Source: an uncultured virus (IMG/VR IMGVR_UViG_3300021963_000096)
Lineage: Duplodnaviria; Heunggongvirae; Uroviricota; Caudoviricetes
DNA length: 64,000 bases
Reading direction: 5' to 3' (one strand)
IMG/VR virus record: IMGVR_UViG_3300021963_000096
Positions 29,401-38,400 of the stretch are shown here, piece by piece. The first letter of the stretch is position 1. Each line of letters starts with the position of its first letter. The notes below the pieces were generated by a model. That model saw only the letters and a list, made by a program, of their open reading frames with translations, was not told the origin of the DNA and searched no databases. Position numbers and translations under genes: made by a program.

Positions 29401-32400
29401 TTTTCATCGTAGCTATATGATTTAAATTTAGGTATCTTAGAAATCCTATCAAACTTTAATTTCATATCAAAGGTTCTAACCTTTGAGTCGCCGATGATCG
29501 CTACAGCTCGAGCAGCATTCTGTATTTCGCTACCTACTCCGCCCACCACTAAAACATTCGGAGCGGATGTATATCCCGATCCCGAAGAGGTTACAATAAT
29601 TTTAGATATTTTTCCGTTTGAAATATATGCCTGTGCCTTAGCTCCGCTGCCTCCGCCGCCTTCAAAAACTATCTGCGGGACGGAAGTATAACTCGATCCC
29701 TGTGAAACTATCTTAATATCAACAACAGAAAAATGATTATTGTCTGACCAAAGTTTCCACGGATATTGCGATATCTCTTCTGAACTATTATCGATAGTCT
29801 TAATTGTCTTTGTAGCAGCGTTCCATACTGGTGGTAAATCAAAATCTGTAGTTACTTGATTAGCTGTTTCAATATTGAAATACTTACTAACATAACTTCT
29901 AATCTTTGTCCTATATGGTTTTACTTCTTCTATATAAGACTGATAACTCGAAAGATTATCGTTTTTATAATTAAGTTTCTGTTCTAAGTATCCTACATTA
30001 TGTGTACCTTTAACAAAACTAGTTTTAAATGCCCAGTCAACATATAGTTGTTCTGAAAATACATATCTCACAGCCACAAAAAATAGTTTATTCCACTCAA
30101 CCAATAAATCATCTTTAAATATATCTTCCTTAACAGCTCTTAAGATATTTCTAAATTCAATAGCAGCCGATGTATCATATCGATTACTATCAAACGCTTG
30201 GGTTAGATCGTACCCAGTTGATTCTGCGGTTGTGTTATAAAAACCGTTAATAATTTCAATAGTACCTAGATTTCTACCAACTAATCTATATTTTTCAAAA
30301 ATATCAGCATCTGTCGTCTCAACACGCTCTAATACAGCCCATCCACCAGCACCGTAGTTTTCTAGTCTTAGAAGTTCTCCGATTTTGAGATCAACACTAG
30401 ATTCTTCGTATAACCCAGCGATTGTTTTCTTAATTTTAGATTTTTCGTTGAAAGGTGCTAACCACCAATCTATTTTTTTCCAATACTTTCTTGTATCATA
30501 AGATTGAGTAGCAGATCTATAAAACTCTTTATTTTTTTCTTCTAAAGAATAAATGCTCCAGGCATTGTTAACTGTAGAATCTGTTCTAACTAACACAGCG
30601 AATGGCCGTACTATCAATGATACTGTAAGATATTTTTTGCCTTGATTAATAACTTGAACAGAAGTAATTGTGCCCCTGTTATTAAGTATCGGTTTTAGTT
30701 TAGCACCAGAACCAGTACCTATTATTTTTATGTCAGGCGGAGTCTTATATCCATACCCTCCATCGATAACGTCAACAGTATTAATATGACCATTAACTAT
30801 GTTTGCTTTTAATATTGCTGTTTTAATTTTAGATGTAGCTATAAATCTTAATTCGGCTTCGGTTTCTAAAACCTGATCATAAAGATTTTTTACAGATGAT
30901 GGTTCTTCATCTAATAGATTTAAATTAGTATAATCAATTATTTCAGCAAATGGTCTTTGTTTTAAAATATCATTAACATATCCGATAGTAATGTTTACTG
31001 CTTTATTTCTATCGACAAACATACTTTGTCTCGGTCTAGATAATATTCCATATCTCATTTTAGTAGACAATTTTCTGTCTGGTACTGTTTGTCCAGCAAT
31101 GTCTTCGCCTATTAAACTGTCAATCCATTTGTTTTCTAATTCTTGATTAGGATACTCTAATATGCCTTCAGATAATAATTGATATTCAGTGTGAATTAAG
31201 TTAATGTCTTTTTCTTTTTCAAAAAACTGAATATTAACTAAAAATTTATCTTGATCAATAACAGAATCAACATTAACTAAACTAAAAGTATTTTTAGAAG
31301 TTAATACCGCGTATGGAACTCCTGCCGAGAGCGGAGATGAAATATAATTTGCTATTTGTTGAGCAGTAAATTTTCTTTCTACGATATCTGGAATTGTAGT
31401 TTTATTTTTTACCCAATAATAATATGTAACAGATGACGGAAACCCGGTAGTTACGTCCAATACTGTGCGTACAGAATAATTTGAATCGTCACCGTATAAT
31501 GCTGTTCCCGATACTCCTATTGAGAATCCTTCTGATGTACCTGTAATATCATTCCATTCACTAGGCTTCAACTCTGTCTCAACCCACTCATAAATGTCGA
31601 TACTACTACCTAGAACCGGAGAACCCCAATTTCCGCTACGGAAAGATAATGAATCCTGTTCGTATAAAGTCCACTTGACTGTAGACAAATCCCACCATAT
31701 CGAACCTACTTTATCTGACTGCCATGCTTGGTTGGGGTCTACTGGTGAATCTTCTGTTCCCACTCCGTATATCGCAGGATCGAATGATGTTTTAAAATCG
31801 ATATATTGATCTGCTTCTGAAAGTATTTTTCCTTTGTACGGATCAATAATATCAATATCAGCTATCTTTAAATTATTAAATTTATCGTATAAGGCAAAAT
31901 TCTTTAACAGATCGATGTTAACCTGGTCGTCTTGTTGTCTGATAGTGAACCAGGGCTTAGTATTTGGAATCTTATCAAACTTCTGTATACGACCGATTCT
32001 AACAGCTTCGAACGCTGGATCTTCAGAAATGTACAACGGAGATCCAACTATTATTGAACTGTTAGATACAGAAAGACCTCGACCAAAATCTTCGTCAGTA
32101 TTCAAACCTTGATCTAGAATTTCTGACAGAACAAAAGAACCTGTATAATTTGTATAGACATATACTTTACCTGTCTTACCTTGAGAATCTCTAAAGTTAG
32201 TTACAAACCTGTCAAACGCTGTATTTCCATTATCAAATATAGTTGTTTTAAATGTAGATGCGCCTTCAGCGGATATAGCTAAAGTTACTCCGTCGGGCGA
32301 TACAGAAAGATTTGAACCAAATCTTTCACCTGGTTCTAATACTAATCCGTTGACTTTTTGTATTAGAGAGAACTGGCCGTTTCGTTTATCGAAAATAAAC

Positions 32401-35400
32401 ACACTACCTTGGTCTTTACCGATAAAGTCAAAATTAGGAGCAGACACAAACAATCGTGTGCCTTCTTCATTTATTACAACCTTGTGACCGAATTCATCTC
32501 CAGCTTCTAATGCTATTTCATCGGCGTCGATTGTTTGTATCAAATTAAATGTTTCTGCGTCATCTTTTTCATAAATGAATACAGATCCGGTCTTGCTTAG
32601 AGTTGAATCTGTATTTTCTTGCCATATAGACGGTGTTAATTCTGGTGTTGAATTAATATTATCAGCGAGACAATTATAATAGAAAGTACCTCTTCTTACG
32701 GTATCGCCAACAAGATAATTGATATTATTTTTCCAAATTCCTTTGAAGTTTTCAAAATCTGCTGTGTCATTCCTTGGAGCAGAAATTACCATTACTGAAC
32801 CATCTTTGCTAAATGCTGTTGATGTTCCAAAATTGCTGCCAGTAGTTAAGAATTCTACATTGCCATCAACCCCTTGTTGAAGTGTTGAACCATCGTCGGC
32901 ATAGGCCAATGTCGATGGTAGTATGCTTCTGGTAACTTCGGCTAATTCTTCCCAAGCACCAACACCCGGTTGATTATTTGAAATAGCTGGAATGTTTGAT
33001 AATGCCTGCCAATAGGCATTGTTGTACCAAACTTTTGATCCCGCCGGATAATTTTTAGCGGACGAATAGATTCCAACAAACGCAGGGTCGTCTAAATGCT
33101 TCCACGATATTCCATCAAATTTGTAAAGATATGATCGACCGGTATCGTCTCTAGAACCCGAAGCACCTACAACCATATAATAGGCTTCCTCGACACCGCC
33201 CAATGTACTGCCTAAGATCCTAATTTGGTCTCCAACATTGTATCGAGTTCCTGACACATTGACTACAGCGGAATAACCGCCATTTTCTCTAATGATATCA
33301 AAAATCGCACCTTGCCCTGGGTCGCTTACATCTTCACCTTGTAGGTCATTAAATTGTCTTTCGCCAGCAGTTCCGACACCAGTCCAGGTAATACCAGACG
33401 ATGCTGTTCCTCTGTAAGAAAAATTATCTATACTCTTGTTAGCAGTTATAGAATTAACTCTAATAGTAACATCGTGTTCGCCATCTTCACCGCCGAGTTG
33501 GCTACCTAAAATAGTTATAATTGATCCAGAAACATAGCGAATTCTATTTCCTGTTATGTCTAGGTCAGACCATTCAACCGCAGCTTCAGCAAAAACTGCC
33601 CCCGATACTTGCTCCCAGTATTCTTGATCTGTTGGGAATATTGGCTCTGCTGTTTCCCACTTAGTTATATCGGTAGGAAGAACTCCTGTATTCAATCCTA
33701 AAGCAACATAATACGAACTTGAGTTAGCTGGATATTTTACGATGTCTCCTGATTGATAAGTTCTATTAGGATCCCATACTCCTAGATCAACTCTAGTATC
33801 TTTGATACAGGCATATAATCGACCAGAGTATCGCACAATGCTCCTAGAAAAATAACCTGTGCCGGCATTGATTTTAGAAATAGCATATCTAGTTCCAGAT
33901 TTCGTAACACGAAACGTTGCTTCGGTTAGCGGAGCGATCGAGTTAATACCAATAATATTATTATATGTGGCAGACCCTACAATCTCGCCAGTTGATGTGA
34001 CAGCGGTCACTGTGATAATTAAATCATTAAATGGTGTCAACCCTAATAAATTACTACCAGAAATTTTTATTCTGTCGCCAACAGCATATCGAGTACCGCC
34101 GGTTCTTACTAGAACAGTATACGTATTATTAGATTTTAAAACATCAAATGTTGCGTTAGAACCAGGAAGACTAATGTCAACGCCGCTTACATTAGAGAAT
34201 GTAGCATCTTCTAACCCGCTTTCTCCTTGAGCGGAAACTTCTAATATTCCTCCGAGCGAATCTATAGATGCTACAGTTAGTGTAACGTCGCCGCTTGTTC
34301 CTTCTATTCCCTGTCTCTTAGACAAGCTGATAGAAGAAGCAAATTTTTCTCCGTGTGCCGGTCTTGGACTAATAATTGTGTGCCTTAATTGATACTGACT
34401 GAATACTTCGTCGTATTCAAATATCTCTATAGCACCTTGCTGGCGATATCCTTGATTAACATCATATAGGCCGATGCCTAAAGGGTTAGCTAGGTGTTCT
34501 GTCGCAGGAATCCAGTCCTGACTTTCAATATCTATAGATGACCCGTCACCGATGATTGTCCTTTGAGCTTGCCATAACTTTCCAGCATATAGAACTGTAT
34601 CGCCAGGATTGTATGTTGCTGTTGAACTAAATGTTTCTTTGTAATTGCTAGGAATATAAGATACATTAGGTGATCCGACCATTAACCAACGGCCGTCTTT
34701 GCTGACCGATAACACTTCACCGTATGATCCTAAGAATGATGTTCTCAGACCAGAGTTAGGATTTAAAACCTGTAAAGGTATTAGACCTTCTTCGCTCTGT
34801 CCATAAATTACTACTGCTGATTCTCTAATAACTTCGCCTGCTGGAACAACCTGTCCGGGGTTGGCAGAAACAACTTGATTTCTAGCTTCGATGTATAGAA
34901 CATCCTTGCCCGATCCGGTTGGAAAGGCAACACCGTAGTTAGCAACGTCAATGGCTTTATAAATTCTACGTTTTTCTAATACTTCCCATTTATTGGATCC
35001 GTTATCATCTAGCCAAACTTTTGTGCCTTCTCTGTATGCTGCGAATCGATCTAATACGAGATCGCTATACTCACCTACACGCAGAGGTTTAAAAATAGAT
35101 ATTGTGGCGAAAGAACTTTCATCGATAACCGGTTCTTCGTCATAGCCTGCTATCTCGATAATAATTGTAGTAGATCCGACAGCCTTGATACGCCAAAAAC
35201 CTTCTAAGTATCTAATATTGTTGATTCCGATGATATCATCAATTTTTAAACCATGCGGTTTATTTGTTTCTAAAGTCACCGAGGTAGTATCAACAACTGC
35301 TACTGCTCCAATGATTATATCAGTTACAGTGTATCGTAAAACCGTCCACCCCGGATTATCAAAAGTTACCCATACTGTAGATCCATCCTGTAATTGATTA

Positions 35401-38400
35401 ATATCGAGGGCATATAAGTTTATTCTTTCTCGAACCACAAAATCAACATCACCGGAATACACGTAGCCCGCCGATGCTTCAGATACCGGATAAGACTTAG
35501 TAGGAAATAGATAGTCTGAATTGCCGACAGTAAAATCATCTGGTTTGACCAATATATAGTTTTGATAATTTGATTTAATCAACCCCCTACTATTCACTAT
35601 AACAGGCTGAGGATTTAATTTAATATCTCTTTGATCAATTGTTAATTCAACTTCATCAAATTGAGCAGATCCGCCAAAAGATCCCATTAAGAAAGCCCAT
35701 TCTTCGTTTAGTTCTATAGCATCTTGGTCGATAGGGCTTAGTTTATCGAAAATTTTTGTTATAGAATTTTTAGTTCCTTTTTCTCTTATAAATCCTTGAT
35801 AAATTCTAAATTGTGTTACTTCGTCCTGTGCGATATCTTCCAGATATTGTCTCTTTTGATATCCAAGAGTATGTCTTGCTAATTCTTTTTCAGTATCGTC
35901 TATACCTTGATAACCTAATTCATAATAATCCTCAATTTGATTAATCTTATAATCAAAATTTGCAACTAAACCAGCTGTGGGATAAGAATCTAACCTTTCC
36001 CAATTACTAAATTTGAAATCAGGAGTTCCTGTATGAGATAATTTCGCCACATAAAAGAATTCTCTAAAACGAGTTATATCACCGATCCTGTAATCTTTAA
36101 AAGATTCCCATGAATTAATTTCAGCAGAATCGTATATGAAACCTGGACTAGTATAATCGCCATCCCAGTCTGTGGTCCTAAAACCTAATAACTTCATTCG
36201 GTCTTGTCGATATCCTGGCCCTTTGTCGTACAATATATCCCCGAACATAGTTCTATCATTGAAGATAGCTATATGTTCTTTCTGCACAAAATTAAGTTTT
36301 GCAAAATATATTCCTTCGTTAGAGTCTAGAGGGGTTAGACTAAATTCATCGTACCCTCTGTAAACTTGTATATTTGTCGACGGTATCTTTGTACCATCAT
36401 TTTTAAAAATATTATACTCGTAAAAGCCATCTAATAAGTTTTCAACAACGCTTCCAACATTCGAAACTTTTAATTTGGTAGCCGCTGGACTCAATGTAAT
36501 TAATGATCCCACTGCCCAATTATGCGTAGTCCAAAACATAAACTCTTTGGCTGATAATAACCAATCACTAGGTGTTGATAAATCTTTATTAAACTCATCA
36601 AATACTACGCCTTGTCCCTTTAACCATTCGCTGTAGCCCAAGATAATATCTACTACTTCTTGCACTGTGTAGGCAATAAAATTATAAGGAATACGCTTTA
36701 CTCTAAAAGTATTAAAGGTGGTTCTTTTTATCGCTTGGACTGCTCCTGTAATTGGTAATGACGGCAACCTAACAAAATTTTCTGATTGAAAATTATCGCC
36801 GGACACGTGATTTATTGTACATCTATAGTACAAATCAAGATTTCGAACTAGTGTTCCTTTGCCATAAAATTTTTGAGAAATCCAATCGACATATTTTTCG
36901 CTCACTCCGCCAACTGATATAACAGGATCGTCTATGCGGGTATAGTGTTCGTAAATATTAAACACAGAATTTAATCTATCATACCCATACAGTTTAAATC
37001 CGCCATCAACTTTTTCGATGAGCATACCAGAATAACTGATTGTTTTAACAGGCGTACTAGTGTTAAAAATTATTTGATAGTCTTCCTGCGGAACAAATAC
37101 TGCCGGAGATTTTGATATTGGATTTTTACTATCTAAGACATATCGCTGTCTTTCTTTTTCAACAAATCCTCCGATTCTATGAGACAATTTAACATCTAAA
37201 TTTTTAATATATTCTGAAAGAATTGATATATCTAGAGCACTAAATTTTAGATAATTCTGAATGTATGTAAACAGACCACTCGGTTGATTAGCTAGGCTAG
37301 TGATTAATGTATTTTTATCAATAAATGTTTTAGTATTTGTATCAACTAACTGTCCTAAAATGTTCCTTGAAATTGTAGATCTATCGAAATTGATCGAGAT
37401 AAAATCAAAAGGATTTAAAATAGCGACAGCAGAAATGATAGAAAAAGGATATAAGGAACTTCTTCTCCAAGCATTTTCTACAGGGCCGCAATCGCCAAAC
37501 TGGAAATCTTCATTTATTCTATTAAGAGAATAATCTATTATCGCAGTAGCATCTTGCGGAGATCTTATCTTTCCTTGATCATCGACAGGCAAATAATTTA
37601 ACAATCCAGGACGCTTGTATCTCTCCGATACACCGGCAAAAGGCCCTTGTCTAATAAGCCCTTGCTGTAAATCTTCCCACAACAGTAAATTGCCATTAGT
37701 GTAGGGTGCCGGGCCGTATTCATCTTCCCACCACATTGGTTTTTCAGAAAATCCTAACATCTCCCACGGGCATATATGAGGGCGATCAGTATCGTATAAA
37801 AATTTATAGATACCCCTCCAGTATTGAGGAAGTTTTTCTCTTTTATTTCGATCAGTTGCTCTATAATATGTATAAGTGAAGGGATTTTCAGCTTGATATA
37901 TATCGTTTTTGTAGTTGTCTATTCCTAAATTATTTGACCACTTTAAAAAATCTGTTTCTATCACAGCGTCGATCGCAGAGTTTTTATACAGAGCCGATCC
38001 GTGATACCCGGTCGCTATTTTATCAATATCAAAAATTGCCGGATCATATTTTATCTTAATATTATTATAAATTCTTTTTTCTAATTCTAATAATACTTGA
38101 TCTCTAAAATCTCCGAACGCTATAGTAATGCTTCCGTCGTGGCCTTGAATTACTTCTGTTGGTTCTATGAATGTATCATCGAGGTAAATTCGAGGTGTGT
38201 ATTTTTTATATAGGCCTAGCTTAGTCGGAGTCTCGGGAATAAAATTGTAAGCAGTACTTAGATACTGTCTAATTTCGATGCGATCACCTTCAGATAAATC
38301 TACTAATAATTTTACAAAACCAAATATTGAATCAAATACATAATCAAACCCGTGAAGTAATTGATTTTCATTAAGGTACACATATACTGCCTTAGAAGAA